Source of the DNA: Vicugna vicugna
Taxonomy: Eukaryota
DNA: 64,000 nucleotides
NCBI GenBank assembly: GCA_013265495.1
Contig: MU058065.1
Location: 2,953,003-3,017,002 of the forward strand
Reading direction: 5' to 3'
Shown: positions 51,575 to 64,000 of the stretch, one piece after another
Position numbering within the stretch: the stretch's first letter is position 1
How the letters are laid out: the number at the start of each line of letters is the position of its first letter
The notes under the pieces: generated by a model
The model's database searches: none
What the model was told of the DNA's origin: nothing
What the model saw: only the letters and a program-made list of their open reading frames with translations
Translations under genes and position numbers: made by a program

Positions 51575-51878
51575 TAATGCTGGCTGCCCAATATGGCAGC
51601 CCTAATCAAATGTCACTGTTGGGCACTTGCAATGTATTTAGTCTAAACTGAGGTGTGCTCTAAGTATATAAAACACACCATATTTCAAAGAATTTATTAT
51701 ATCTTATTAACAATTTTTACATTGATTACATGTTGAAATAATATTTTTGGATATATTGGGTTAAGTAAAATATACTATTAAAATTATCTTTTTTTTTTTT
51801 TTACTTTTTTACTGTGACTACTGGAAATTTTTAATTATATATCTTGGTTCATACTATATTTCCATTGAACTACACTGA
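51575..51878. mobile_element. MER33-like hAT-Charlie element nested in an L2
   Basis: aaactgaggtgtgctctaagt...cattgattacatgttgaaataatatttttggatatattgggttaa...ttgaactacactg. Confidence 0.8.
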
Positions 51879-51879
51879 T

Positions 51880-52400
51880 ACAATGCATGTGCTTATAGGA
51901 GTATATAGGAAGAAAATTGTGCAGAGAGGAAAAGGGCATAGATTCTGCTGGGCAGAGATTTTGACATTTAATACTGGTCTTTAAGAAACCTCTCTGGAGG
52001 AAGATGGAGGAGAAGACAGAAATGGAGGAAGCCTGAGCAAAGTCACAGAGGCCTTAAGGAGCTCCGTGTGTTTGTGGAGAGGCAAGTGGATTAGCGTGGA
52101 AGAGGAGGGAAGCGAGACCAGGCTGGGAAGGCATGTGGAGGCCCACATGGGTAGGGTCTTGTTTGCCATTGTAAAGAGTCCGACTCCATCCTGTGGACGA
52201 AGGAGCATCAGCAAAGGTCTTTAAACAGAGAGTTGACGTGGTCAGGTCTGGCTTATTCTGGGAGCAGAGAGGAGATGTTGAAAAGGGAAAAGAACAGAGA
52301 AGGAAGACCATTAGAAAACGATGCCAGGAATAATAAGAGCACGAATAAGGTCCACGATGGATGGTAAGAGCAGAAGGTGGTGAGACATGATAGGTGATTT
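51880..52400 (-). mobile_element. L2 fragment
   Basis: gtagggtcttgtttgccattgtaaagag...tttaaacagagagttgacgtggtcagg. Confidence 0.6.
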
Positions 52401-53187
52401 TCAAAGCACCCAAGGATATGGTGCTTGCCTTGAAGTCAGGACAGATTTTGTTCCCTAAGCTAACGCTTATTTTCCACCTGCTAAGTGCACTTATTCTCAT
52501 TATCAGCCAATGACAGAGAATAAGACAGTTGAGAATCATATTCATTCTCAGACAGATTCTCTTGAATTTGTACCACTGTTAGGTTCTTTAGGCCTTTTTT
52601 TCCCCATTTGCTCTGAGTCCACGGAGGACTGTAAGAGCAACGACTTGCTCAGCCATCCCACATCGAGCTCTTCCTCTTGAAACAAGCCCTCCTTTTTTCT
52701 CATGCCGTGCTGTCCTATCGTTGAAACAGACAAACCCACGTGGCCAACCCTGGGCTTGAACTGCTCTTCTCGCTTCCGCTTTCCTTTTGCACAAAGCCAC
52801 TGATCTGTTCTGTAATTCCTCTCTTGTTTACATAATAGCTACTTCTGTCTTCTGTCATGTTTTCATTTTCCCCTGGGGAGAAAATGCTGCTCTCCCCAGG
52901 ATTCATGAGAAAAAATGAGGAGTATAGTTCAATCAGCACTCGTCAGAAGCAAACGTTGGTGTGCTCCAAGTGAGTAGCAAGAGGTGAAGCTAACAGAAAA
53001 TTTAACGGAGGATAAGAAAGAAAGATGGAGGGCGGCACCACGGCAATAGTTTATCCCAATGAAAGGAGCTGGGAAGAGAAAGAGAAATATTTACTTTAAT
53101 TGGGAGAAAAATAGTAGATGAAGCGAGTGAAAAAGAAACACAAGACAGCCAATGGCTACAGCTATAAAATTAAGAATCTGCATTTTT

Positions 53188-53550
53188 TAATACCATATGA
53201 TATCACTTATACGTGGAATCTAAAAAAAGAAGTGCAAATGAACTTATTTACAAAACACAAACAGACTCACAGACAGAAAACAAACTGATGGTTATCAGGG
53301 AGGAAAAGGGGGAGGGATAAATTGGGTGTTTGGGATCAGCAGATACAAACTACTGTGTACAAAATACATAAACAACAAGGTCCTACTGTGAATATAGCAC
53401 AGGGAACTGTATTCAATATCTCCTAGTAACCTATAATGAAAAAGAATATGAAAAGGAATATATGTGTATATGTGTGACTGAAGTACTGTGCTGTACACCA
53501 GAAATTGACACAACATTGTAAACTGACTACACTAAAATTGTTTTAAAAAA
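53188..53550 (+). mobile_element. Lineage-specific L1 3' end
   Basis: Same family as 5575-6351: acagactcacagac, atagcacagggaactgtattcaatatct, gaaattgacacaacattgtaaactgactac. Confidence 0.9.
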
Positions 53551-53904
53551 TGAACCTTTGTTTTTTTTTTAAATTGGACCACGTCTTTGTTCTTAAGAGT
53601 CTACAGGATGAGTGGTGTTATTGTCAGATCTTCACAGCAGCCTTCTGAATGGAACTTATTAGGGAGTCACATGTAGCAAAATGTGACACTGAATTATAAA
53701 GAGGAACATTCCATTTCCAGACATCTCAATCTATGACTCAAGTAGTGAAACCACGTGTTCTGCTTGTAAGGAAAGTGTAGGGGATTCCATTCTCTAAACT
53801 AAACATTCAAAAGAATTCTGAAATCAACTACTGACCAACCAGCACATTCAAACAAAAAAACAAAAAAAAAAAACTAGTAGGGGCTAGGAATCTGGAAACG
53901 GCCT

Positions 53905-54290
53905 AAATCCATCGGGGTTTGTTGGTTGCAAGCAACAGAAATTGATTCTTGCTACATTAAGAAAAGAAAGAAAAAATATTGACAGCTATGGAACAACTAA
54001 CTCACAAAAATGAAGGAAAAGCAGAGTGGTCAAAATTTCAGAAAAGTCTGGAATCTGGATGGCAAGGTAACAGCAACGAAAAACAGTCTGTTCAAGGCAC
54101 TGCTATCGGAATTCATCAGTTTAACCAAATTCTCTGGATTACTCCATGTGGTATTCACATTCTAGGAAGAAAGCTTCCTACCAGGGTAGCTTGGGTCCCC
54201 CACCCACTTCTCGTCCAGGGAAGACAGAAGGTACCTAGGATTATTCAAGTCACACATGGATGGTCAATAAATGCCTATTAACCTGGAATC
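53905..54290 (-). mobile_element. Old MLT1K/L-like LTR
   Basis: ttggttgcaagcaacagaaa start motif. Confidence 0.45.
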
Positions 54291-55868
54291 TGCTGAAATT
54301 TCTTTCTGGGGGCCTTTTAACTTTTCACAGCAGACACCAAGGCTAGCTTTTGTCCTCACCCTACCATAGAACTAAATATACCCAGAATGCAGAGTTCTTT
54401 TGAAGCCCTTGTCCCTTGCTTAAGAATTACGGACACATCAAAATGCTATTAAGTAGAGTTTCAAAGTCAAAATAATCACACTACTTCTCACCACAAACCT
54501 TGGAGAAATAAAACTGCAAACAACTCTTTAGAAAGACAGAAAAAAGCTATCTTGAGGGCTAGCCAAAATAGTGTACCATTATTTTAAAAGTTCTCTGGGA
54601 TACTTTCTCTCTAAATATTGTGAGAAAAAAAATCAGCTGTTTCACACACGGATATGTCTAAAATCATTGGCTCAAATTTCACATGCAGAAACATTGACCA
54701 GCTCCTCTTGGGAACGAAAAAAGGCAGACCAGACTGATGCTTCCCCATTTGCATTTCCCTCCCTGAGCTGCCTTTTTGAGTAAATGACTTGATTTTAAAA
54801 ATGAAAGCTATTTTTTTTTCCCACATCGGAAATGTCTTTATTTGCACCCTGGAAATGCTGACGTCAACTGCCTTACAAATCCAGAGGGGGGAGAAGAATC
54901 CCAGTTAATTGTAGTTGACAAGACTGTCGAGCCTCTAATCATGGTAGGCACAGAGCTTGTCAGCACAGTGCCCGTTGCCATAGTTACCTGGAAGGTAGGA
55001 AAACAATGGCGAACTGATCCCGCGTGGCACCTCGGTGATTATTAGAGGGGAGTGGGGTGCGATGTTCCTCCGGTGAAGCCAACAACCAAGTGGAACGGCC
55101 CCTGTGAGGCAGGGTTTTCTCAGAGATTTTTCCCTTCTAAATCCCAAGAGAATGATCTCTCAATAACCCTGAGAAGCAATTTTTCAACCTTTGCTTTCGG
55201 TACAGTTTAGAAACGCAATGGCACAAAAATTGACCAACTGAATCACTGTGTAGTGTACCTGCTCCACCCACTGCCCAAGAGGGAAAAGCGTATGAACGTG
55301 AGTGGTCCTGCCTTACACGAGAGCAACCAGCCAAACTGGTCTTCTCCCTTTCATGGCTGGTTTCATTTCAAAACAGTTATGGAGGGAATCAGTCTAGGTG
55401 TGTATTTTAGTAAGTGTAACCTTTTACAAAGCTAAACCAGAAGAAACACATGGATGCATTTGTTTAAACTGTTTATACATGCAGATGTGGCCACAATTTA
55501 AAGATTCTTGGCAGAATTTACTGAGCCCCATGTCCCCTTCCATCGAAGGAGAGAGTTGGGAATCGGAAAAAATCTGTTTTACGGCTGGTGCTTGCTTGTT
55601 CCAGACGGCTCACACAGAGCCATTCTCAGCCCCTTACAGGCCTGTGTAAGGGAGGTAGGCAGGAGTCAAATCTCTTTAGAGAAACAATGTTAAATTTATT
55701 ATTTAGCAAGGAAAGGAGGATTTAAAGTCTTAATGATAAGAGAAATAATGCTCTCCCTATGTAAAACTAGATTGTATTGTTAAAAAGAAATACACACACA
55801 CACCCATTTTCTGTAGGGAAATAGATTGGAAGGTTGAGGTATATTGCCTCAATCAACATTGCAGAGGT

Positions 55869-56004
55869 GGGGAGGGTATAGCTTGAATGGTAAAGTGCAT
55901 GCTTAGCATGCATGAGGTCCTGGGTTCAATCCCCAGTACCATCTCTAAAAATAAATAAACCTAATTACCCCCATCCCCCCCCACAAAAAAAACTTAAAAA
56001 AAAA
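55869..56004 (+). mobile_element. tRNA-derived SINE (Vic-1-type)
   Basis: ggggagggtatagcttgaatggtaaagtgcatgcttagcatgcatgaggtcctgggttcaatcccc, tail aaataaacctaattacccc, flanking tgcagag repeat. Confidence 0.88.
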
Positions 56005-57344
56005 GAAACGTGCAGAGTTGACACTGTAAATCCATGACATTTTCCAAAAGGAAGGAACCCCACAGTAATTGGAACATAGGAATAAAAAAAAAAAAATGGA
56101 ATGTCCAGACTCTCCACAAAACCCTTCCCCAGAAATGTATGGGAAAGAAACTCTTTGGCCAAGAGCTGAATGGTGGCTTTGCTTTTCATCCAGAAAAACA
56201 AAAACAGTGCAAAGGGGATATTGTTCTCGCCTATCTGATACAAACTTTGGGGGAGAAAAATGCACATATATCAACATCCCCACAAATCTACACAGGCATA
56301 ATGAAATCATAAGCATTAGTACTTCATTGTGACTTGAGCCTTAGGATTTAGTGAGCCTAAATTTTTTGTTTCTGTGACTATTTCTCAGCTGCCTGGGATA
56401 ACCTGGTAAAGCTTCTAGCCTCATTTCCCTAGTGGCGACGTGTCAGGGAAAATAGCGGAAAATGAAATCAAAAGCCCTTATTTCATCAGCTGACACTGGA
56501 GGGGACGGCAGAGGGATCGCAGGCTAAGACTGGCAACCAGCCCTTTTTCTTACAGAGGAAAATTACCAGAACCCTCTGCAGAGCAGACTGAGAGCAGCCA
56601 GCGGAGCCTCCTGGTGTGTGCCTCTCCTCTGAGACTGAGCAGTGAGAGCTCTGTAAACAAGACGGCAGAGAGAAGCCAGGATTCCACCCCGAGGCAGAGC
56701 AGGCCACCTCTGACTAGGTGGTCCTCCCAGCACGTCCGTGGACATTGGACAGAAAAACACGAGACTCTAAACGGCTAAAGCCCTGCCTGGAAGAGCTAAC
56801 TGATCCTGGAGTAGCTGCGATGCTGGAAGTCCGCAGGATGGCCCTCCTGGCGAGGGTGGGTATCGGCTGTTTCATGATATGGTTGTGGAAATGGAAGCTC
56901 CCGGCTTACCCAGCCGCCGGGCAGACATGAGCCAGTGCCAAGGTGTACTTCCCTGACTGTGCCCCCCTAGCATCTGCTCTGGGATGGCAGACTTGCTAGG
57001 ACCCCGGGACTCCTGTGACAGAGAACCGAAGGGGGAAAAAGTCAATCGAGATTTTGTATTGTGGAGGTAATAGAGATGTCAATGTGTTGCCTGAGGTTAA
57101 ACTAGGTACGAGCCTTAGAAGGGCAAAGGCCATTTGACTTATTCCCTGCTATACGCTGGCTCCTAGCAGGGGAGCTGGCTCAAAAAGTGCTCAAAATACA
57201 CGACATGAGTGAGCGAATGAGCAAATGAATGAGTGAGATGTTGCCTCCTTCACCTCCACAACCAACCCTGACCATAGACAAAGCTGGTCTGTGCACGTCG
57301 GATATGTTTGTGTGTGTTTCCCCTGAATTCCAGCTTCAGAAGCA

Positions 57345-57821
57345 CAGTCCGCCCTCTGTATTCGCGTGGTTCTGTATTCGCAGATTCAACCAATCAGAGA
57401 TCACAAATATTCAGGGGAGGGGAGTGTATATATAGCTCAGTGGTGGAGCACATGCTTAGCATGCACAAGGTCCTGGGTTCAATCCCCAGCACCTCCACTG
57501 AAATAACTAACTAATAACTAAGTAAAAAACCTGATTACTCCCCAAAAAAACTATTCAGGGAAAAAAAATGTCAGGAAATTCCAAAAAGCAAAACTTGAAT
57601 TTGCTGTACAGCTGGCAACATGGTATTTACAACTATCTACATAGCATAGCATTGCCTGAGGTACTGTAAGTAACCTAGAGATGATTTAAAGTATACGGGA
57701 GGATGTGCAGAGGTTATATGCAAATACTATGCGGTTTTATACAAGGGACTTAAGCAACCACAGATTTTGGTGTCCACAGGAATCCTGGAGCCAATCCCCT
57801 GTGGATGCCAAAGGATGACTG
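57345..57821. mobile_element. MER2-type (TcMar-Tigger) element interrupted by a SINE
   Basis: cagtccgccctctgtattc ... agagatgatttaaagtatacgggaggatgtgc ... gatgccaaaggatgactg|TA. Confidence 0.85.
57417..57551 (+). mobile_element. tRNA-derived SINE (Vic-1-type) with 9-bp TSD
   Basis: tatagctcagtggtggagcacatgcttagcatgcacaaggtcctgggttcaatcccc; TSD TATTCAGGG at 57408-57416 and 57552-57560. Confidence 0.9.
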
Positions 57822-59464
57822 TACTAAAGACCAGAGGAAAATCTGATCTTTGTCTATCTGTGCCTCATTAGACCATGAGAGACAAACACGGTCAAATATG
57901 GTCGGGTCAAAATGTTCTACTAATTAGAGATTTTGAGTCACGCATTCCCCTGGATAAGCTATGTATTTGGATATTTGAATATTCAATTCTTATCTTCCCT
58001 TTGTGGGTAGGAACCTGAACCATGCCTTGGAAAGGGCTTCTGGGGAAAATTGCACCAAGATCAACACTCTGGGGAAAGGAGTCTTAAGGCACCACCGGAA
58101 GGAGAAAAGCAGGCAGCTATGAGCTGGCAGCCGAAACAGAACTGCTATCTGTTCACCCCTAAAATGCAACCACAGGCGTCCTACCACCATCATCATCCCC
58201 TGTCTCCTGGAAAACCCCTCGGGCTTCTTGTCACCCCTCTCCGGTACCTCCTCTCGGGGACACTTCTTCCCTTCCTGACATGAGTGCTCTCATTCCAGTG
58301 ATTACGTCCACTTTGGACATTAGTTAAAGAGAATGTAGACTTTGCCTGTATTCCGATCTCAGGTGAGAGACGTACCCCTTCCCTCACCTCTGGCCCTTTG
58401 GAGCTACTGCCCTAAAAGGAGGGCAGTTGGTCTGCATATTCCAGAGCAGAGGAGAGGAAGCACTGTAAGCCATTAGACCCTTTCCAAGCAGGCTCTACTG
58501 AGTGAGGCGGCGTCCACTTTCCGAGCTAGCCTAGTAGCACAGCCTCCTGGGAAGATCATTGTCAATGACACGCGCAGCCAGGCTCCACATGCTCTTGCCT
58601 CCACCAAGGCCTTCCCTTCTTTAGGCTGAAGCATGTTCCAAGACTACCTTTTCCAGACTGTCTTCACATAAAGGGTAAAAAGACTCAACACTAAACATTC
58701 CTCACCTAAACCTGCTTCCCCAGTTTAAGCAGGGCAACAGCTCTCCTGCCCATTCACCCATGTGGATGGCCACCCAGTCCTTCCCCTAGAAGAGCCAGCG
58801 TATTTCCATATGGCTGCTGAGCACAACCAAGGCATTAGATGCTTAGTTCTCTGGAAAAATGAGTTTTCAGTGGGAGACAATTAAAATCTAGCTTTCAGAT
58901 TTTAATAATGGATGTCTGAATGGATCCCCAAGGCCCCTCAGGGTTGTCAAGGTTATGTTTTCCTGTGATCTTCAGCTGAACAGGCTGAAAGGGAAGGTTC
59001 CTGAGCGCTGGGAGAGAGCATGAAAATAAACAGAATGGAGAGACAGCTGGGTGCCTGAGTTCCATCTGAACTTTGTACAGGGAGACCTCACGCGTTCTCC
59101 TCTCTTCCCTCAGAAGCAGGGGCAGACGGACATGGCCCTGCCCCACGGCCAGCTGGGAGCCCCAGCTCACTTTCCGAAAACCCACCAGGATTGTTCTCTC
59201 TGGTCCTGAACCTGATACACTAACACACAGAAAAGGGAGCCTCGCTTTCACTTCCTGTCTCCATTATCACTCTCTGCGCATTAATCTCTCCTGATTTCCT
59301 TCCTCTCTCTGTCCTTCACAGCTCTGTTCTTTGCCCTCCAACTCATTCTCACCAAAGTAAATGGGAAATGAACGCTCAGGAGGGGAAAGAAAGTGTAACT
59401 TTCTCATAACGAAAGTAAGCTTTTGGTGTTTATCCTGAGAGATTACCTTAAAGAAAATTGTATG

Positions 59465-60130
59465 TTTTCACTCATTCAGTAGCTATCAAACTCTGTCCCC
59501 AGCCCTGTATTGGAGATATCAAGGTGAACAGAGTGAAAATGCTGCTATCCTAGGAATTCCAGTGTTAGGGTAATTGTTTCTGTGCCTTGAGGTTTTCGTA
59601 CAGATAGAAGCAGAGCCTTGTGGGAACACAGTGGAATAAACTCTTAATTGTCCCCAGAGATATTGAGGAAAGCATCTTAGGAGGGGTGATATTTGAGCTT
59701 AAAGGATGAAGAGTAATTCTCTGTGCAGTCAGAAAAAGGAAAGAGCTTATGAGACTAAAGGAAAATCATCTTAACACATGAGAGGATAAAAAAAAAAAAA
59801 CCTTGTATATTGGGGAAACTGCATTCAACAACAAAATCAGAGATGAGATTACACAAGTAGGTAGGAGCCAGGGAGACAGGGTCTTATGTTCTGCATTTAG
59901 AGGTTTGGACATTGTCTCATGGAAATGGGGAAAATGGCAGTGTTTAAGTTATAAAGCATCCTGATCAAATTTGCATATTTAAACATCCCTCTGGTTATGG
60001 CGCTGGAGATAATGAAGCCAGGACAAGACCGAAGGCAGGGAAACGAGTGAGGAGGTCCTGAGGAGTCCAAGCCAGAGGCGGTGAGGGTCTGAAGTGAGGC
60101 AGTGGCATGGGTTTGGAGGAGAGGGCTTCA
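59465..60130 (-). mobile_element. L2 fragment
   Basis: ggaggggtgatatttgagctt, agaggtttggacattgtc, tgatcaaatttgcatattt, gtccaagccagaggcggtgagggtctgaa. Confidence 0.65.
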
Positions 60131-63099
60131 TCATTTTTGTCACTCAGTTCACAGGGTAACATTTCTTCTTGCCTAACATTGTGATGTGGTATCAGTCACG
60201 ATGGTATCTGCATTCCAAGGCAAGGGTTGCATATTTTCTTTGCTCATCTTTATAAAAAGTTATCTTGCCCTGAGCCTGAATTAAACTCTCCCAACAAAGG
60301 GGTGGTGGTGATGGGTTGTCATTGCTGATGGTGACGATGCTGATAATGACCACTGACAACCCACGTAGAATGTGAGCTCAAGCTCCAAACTCCCTTGAAT
60401 TTAGACTGAACACCAATTATTCCTCCAAAAAGTTTGAGGTCGCTTCTTCAGAGATAAGAATACCATAATTGGAGGCCATTCTTGCCTTCATCTAGGACAC
60501 CCCCAGCTCTGCTGAACATCGGAACCAAAGAACAGAAAGATCTCCTGATTTTATGTGGCTGGAACTTAAATACAGAGCTAGAGGCTTCCTTACGTGCATT
60601 CTTGTTGATATTTACTTATGCCTTTACCACTCCAGCAACACCTCCAGGCTCCTCTGCTACCTGCCCCTTCTCATCAAACTTACACCAAATTTTTCACACC
60701 TCTTGCCATTGGACATGCTGTCCATTCCGACTAGGAGTCTTTTCCTCCATTCACTCTGCCTGGGAGACTTAGCTCATCTCTCAATTTTTAGCTCCGATGT
60801 CATCCTTGCCTCTTTGCAACCTTCTCTAACCCCAAAATAGTTCTTCAGAACTCCACATGTCCATAGCACCGTGCTCAAAGCTGTGTGACAGTATTGAGAT
60901 ATTACACTGAAAGAAAGAAAAACTGATTGAATGGACAAATTAATGAGAAACTATAATCATAGGAAGACAGTAATGTAACAAGCAGTGAAGTACAGATTAG
61001 AAAGTTAATATAATCCAGTAATGACCAATGATTAAGAATCAGGACAAAATGACACATACATGAGTATTTTTCTGGAGAGAGAGTTTCAATAGCTTATCAA
61101 ATTCTCAAGGGGGTCTGAGAAACAACGTATTTAGAAAAATACTTGTCCTGGAGAAGTGGGAACAAATTAACATAAAAGATTCTTAAAGACAATGAAATAC
61201 TCTAATGCATTTCTGTTGTCTTGTTATTCAATCATGTTTACAGAATTGATTCATTAAATGTATCAACAAAGGACAGAAATAGTAAATGTAAATATGTCAA
61301 TTAAAAAGCAGATTTTAGCTCAAGCCAGAATAACATTAGAATGATCCAATGAGTTCTGCTCTAAAGTCAGACAAAGTCATACAAACTACCCAGAATCCAA
61401 TTGAATATAAATTTAGACATCTTTAGGTGTTGCACAATCTTAAGAATATAAATGGTTAACAAGATTCCAAAGTGTATAAACTTTCTTAAAATCCCACCCC
61501 ATGCAAAGATTTAGACATAGAAGGGGAAAGGCACATACATATTAAACAAAGAGTTTATCAGCTTAGTGGGAGCCATGAGTTTCTCCCAGTGGACAGAAAT
61601 ATTAAAGTAAAATTAATTTAAAACAAAGTGAAATTTAAAGTGTGTAACTTGCATTCACGAAGGCAGACCAAGTGATCACTGTCCTCATAAAGGCAGGGAA
61701 TTGTTGACATTGTAACATAAATAAAGTGAGCCCATATCCTCAAGATTATAAACAAGAATCCATATGTCTTCCTGGCCTAAAGTCTGCTGGTGATCACATA
61801 AATTGCCACAAAACGAGCTGCAAGTTCCCAAGGACCTTGCATTAGTCCTCACGTGGTTTGCAGGATTGAGGACGGTGGGGCTCCTCTCAAGGAGGATTAG
61901 TTCTTTTCCTGCTATTTCCTCCAACACCCAGAAGACACACTGTCACCACCATCACCATGAGAACAGGCTGTCCAGCCAACAGCAAATTTCACATCCACCT
62001 ACCCCATCCAGCAGGAGAATGGGTCCACACAGAGAAAGTCTGAAGGAAGAGCTGTCTTGCACCCAGACAGATGGGGTCCCATGAAGATTTTCTTAGCCAC
62101 CCTCTCAGGTAGAATCTCCCTTCCAAGTCAGTCGTGCACCAGAGACCCATGGACCACAAAACTTCCCCATAGGGAAAGTGTCATCAACAAATGATGAGCT
62201 TAACTCGTCTGCAAATCACTTATGCCTCCAGAATTTAGAAGGGAATCCCTAGCTTTCTTTTCCCCATGGCAGCTTTAACTGAGAACACAAAGGTGAATGC
62301 TCTGAGGCATCCTGATTAGTCAAATTCAACCTCAAAGAACTGTGAGGAGACACAGGACAAGAAACAGCAGAACTGCCAGCATGTTCTGGAAAACCACAAA
62401 GCTGATGATACCACGAAATAAGAAAGCCTTGACCTCGCCCTGGTTGTGGCTTGCTTTTGCCCACCAAGGAGGGTCTCCTTTCCCACCCCCTCACTCTGTC
62501 CACATCCCTCAAAACTCTCTTACAGTATCAGTGAAGAACTGTAATCCCTAGAAAGTTATAATATCAGCCAAATTAGGATATAGGTATAAATGTGTGGTTC
62601 CTAAATACACAGAATGGGGAAGAGCAAAGAAAGTTAGCCTCCAGAGTCAAAAGAACTTTATATCATTTCTCTTAAAACTTAGAAATGCTGGGAAAAATCT
62701 GACTTTTTTTTTTTGAAGTGTGTACCCGAATCATTTTTCAGAAATATATTTTACCTGCAATTACTGTGACTGCCTTTACTTTCAAAATGCATATTTGAAT
62801 TCCTTTTTAAATGTTTACTATGCCTCCTTTGTTTAAGTTTAAAAAAGAGAAAGAGAGAGACTGAGATGAAAATGAGATGACCTTGGCCACAGGAAGTATT
62901 TAATGACCACTGCCGGACCTTTTTGGCAGGCTTCCCTCTCTGCTTTCCTGGAGTGTGAAAGTGCAGGAGCCTGAAACATCATGTCAAACCAGAGCAGCTG
63001 ATCCCCTGGGTTCTTCTCCACCTAATATTCGTCCAGAGTAAGCTCCCTCCTGCAGACTGGATTCTTGCATAGGTGCTCGCTACTCAAAACGTGGTTGCC

Positions 63100-63144
63100 A
63101 ACCTGGAGATCGTCATTCTGAGCGAAGTAAGCCAGAAAGAGAAA

Positions 63145-63189
<45 letters not shown>

Positions 63190-63494
63190 ACCACACAGAA
63201 ACAGACTCACAGACATAGTAAACAATCTTATGGTTATTGAAGGAAATGGGGTGGGAAGGGATAAATTTGGGAGTTTGAGATTTGCAAATGTTAGCTACTA
63301 TATATAAAACGATTAAAAAAGCAAATTTCTTCTGTATAGCACAGGGAACTATATTCAATATCTTGTAATAATGACCTTTGATGAAAAAGAATATGAAAAC
63401 AAGTATCTGTATGTGTATGTATGACTGAACTATTATGCTGAACACCAGAAATTGACACAACATTGTAAACAGTTTATACTTCAATTAAAAAAAG
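63100..63494 (+). mobile_element. Lineage-specific L1 3' end with (TA)~20 expansion
   Basis: cctggagatcgtcattctgagcgaagtaagccagaaagagaaag (LEIVILSEVSQKEK) through cttcaattaaaaaaa. Confidence 0.9.
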
Positions 63495-63511
63495 AATATT
63501 ATCCCTTGTTT

Positions 63512-63606
63512 AAAAAAAAGATAAACAACAAGTTTATACCGTACAGCACAGGGAACTATATTCAATACCTTGTAATAGCCTATAATGAAAAAGAATTTGA
63601 AAAAGA

Positions 63607-63639
<33 letters not shown>

Positions 63640-63720
63640 TATATATGTAACTGCATCGCTAGGCTGTACCCCAGACGCTAACACAACACTGTAAACTGAC
63701 TGTACTTCAATAAAAAAAAA
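63512..63720 (+). mobile_element. Second, shorter L1 3' end directly downstream
   Basis: gataaacaacaag...cagcacagggaactatattcaatacc...gtaaactgactgtacttcaataaaaaaaaa. Confidence 0.88.
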
Positions 63721-63734
63721 TACAGGTACAATCT

Positions 63735-63920
63735 CAAATGATCTTTTTGATGATCTGTCAGTAGGTTCTATTACTGGCCTCTGTTTTGCAGAGATGGAAG
63801 CTGAGGCACAGAGCCATTAATTAACTTGCTCAAGGTCATGCAGCTTGTGATTTGTGATTCCCTCCAGACATGTTGACCTCAGAGCTCACGCTCCCATCCT
63901 TAATGCCAACACCACTGCTT
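63735..63920 (-). mobile_element. MIR
   Basis: ttttgcagagatggaagctgaggcacagag...taacttgctcaaggtcatgcagct. Confidence 0.7.
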
Positions 63921-64000
63921 CTGTGTGGGACAAAGGTGGACATCATGGTAATGAGCAGAACCTTCATGTACATCCATATTCAGATAACTGAGCTGCAGAT

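Noticed and set aside
52054..52545. 163-aa minus-strand ORF
   Set aside because: Lies largely in a decayed L2; no recognisable protein features.
47797..57551. tRNA-like sequences with A/B boxes
   Set aside because: Diverged heads with A-rich tails and TSDs; SINEs, not tRNA genes.
12595..62577. CArG boxes at 12595, 14760, 60464 and 62568
   Set aside because: Roughly five are expected by chance in 64 kb of this composition; none clustered or near the promoter.
1..64000. CRISPR arrays, rRNA, prokaryotic operons, additional protein-coding genes or processed pseudogenes
   Set aside because: None recognisable by eye; weak exons or lncRNAs cannot be excluded without alignment or expression data.

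Overview
Mammalian genomic DNA, most likely camelid (three tRNA-derived Vic-1-type SINEs, cetartiodactyl-type L1 3' ends, no Alu/BovB/PRE-1 noticed). One protein-coding gene is supported: KCNE4 (MiRP3, Kv channel beta subunit) on the minus strand, with a 172-aa CDS (24806->24288) inside exon 2, a 562-bp intron (24832-25393), a short exon 1 and a ~2 kb 3' UTR ending near an AATAAA at 22296-22301. The rest is intergenic: old interspersed repeats (MIR, L2, L1M, MLT1 solo LTRs, MER/Tigger DNA transposons) plus lineage-specific L1 tails and SINEs. Repeat family names come from recalled consensus sequences, not a database search, and most repeat boundaries are approximate. Most notable: the exon-1 ATG that corresponds to the human long isoform (KCNE4L) is present but out of frame after splicing. 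It opens a 198-codon overlapping ORF instead, the splice junction makes an in-frame TGA ahead of KCNE4, and the conserved 'coding' segment overlaps a TATA/E-box/CRE core promoter. Also seen: a 51-bp locally templated insertion inside an L1 microsatellite, and an L1 that keeps both ends but lacks its middle. I found no evidence for a wholly new multi-gene system.
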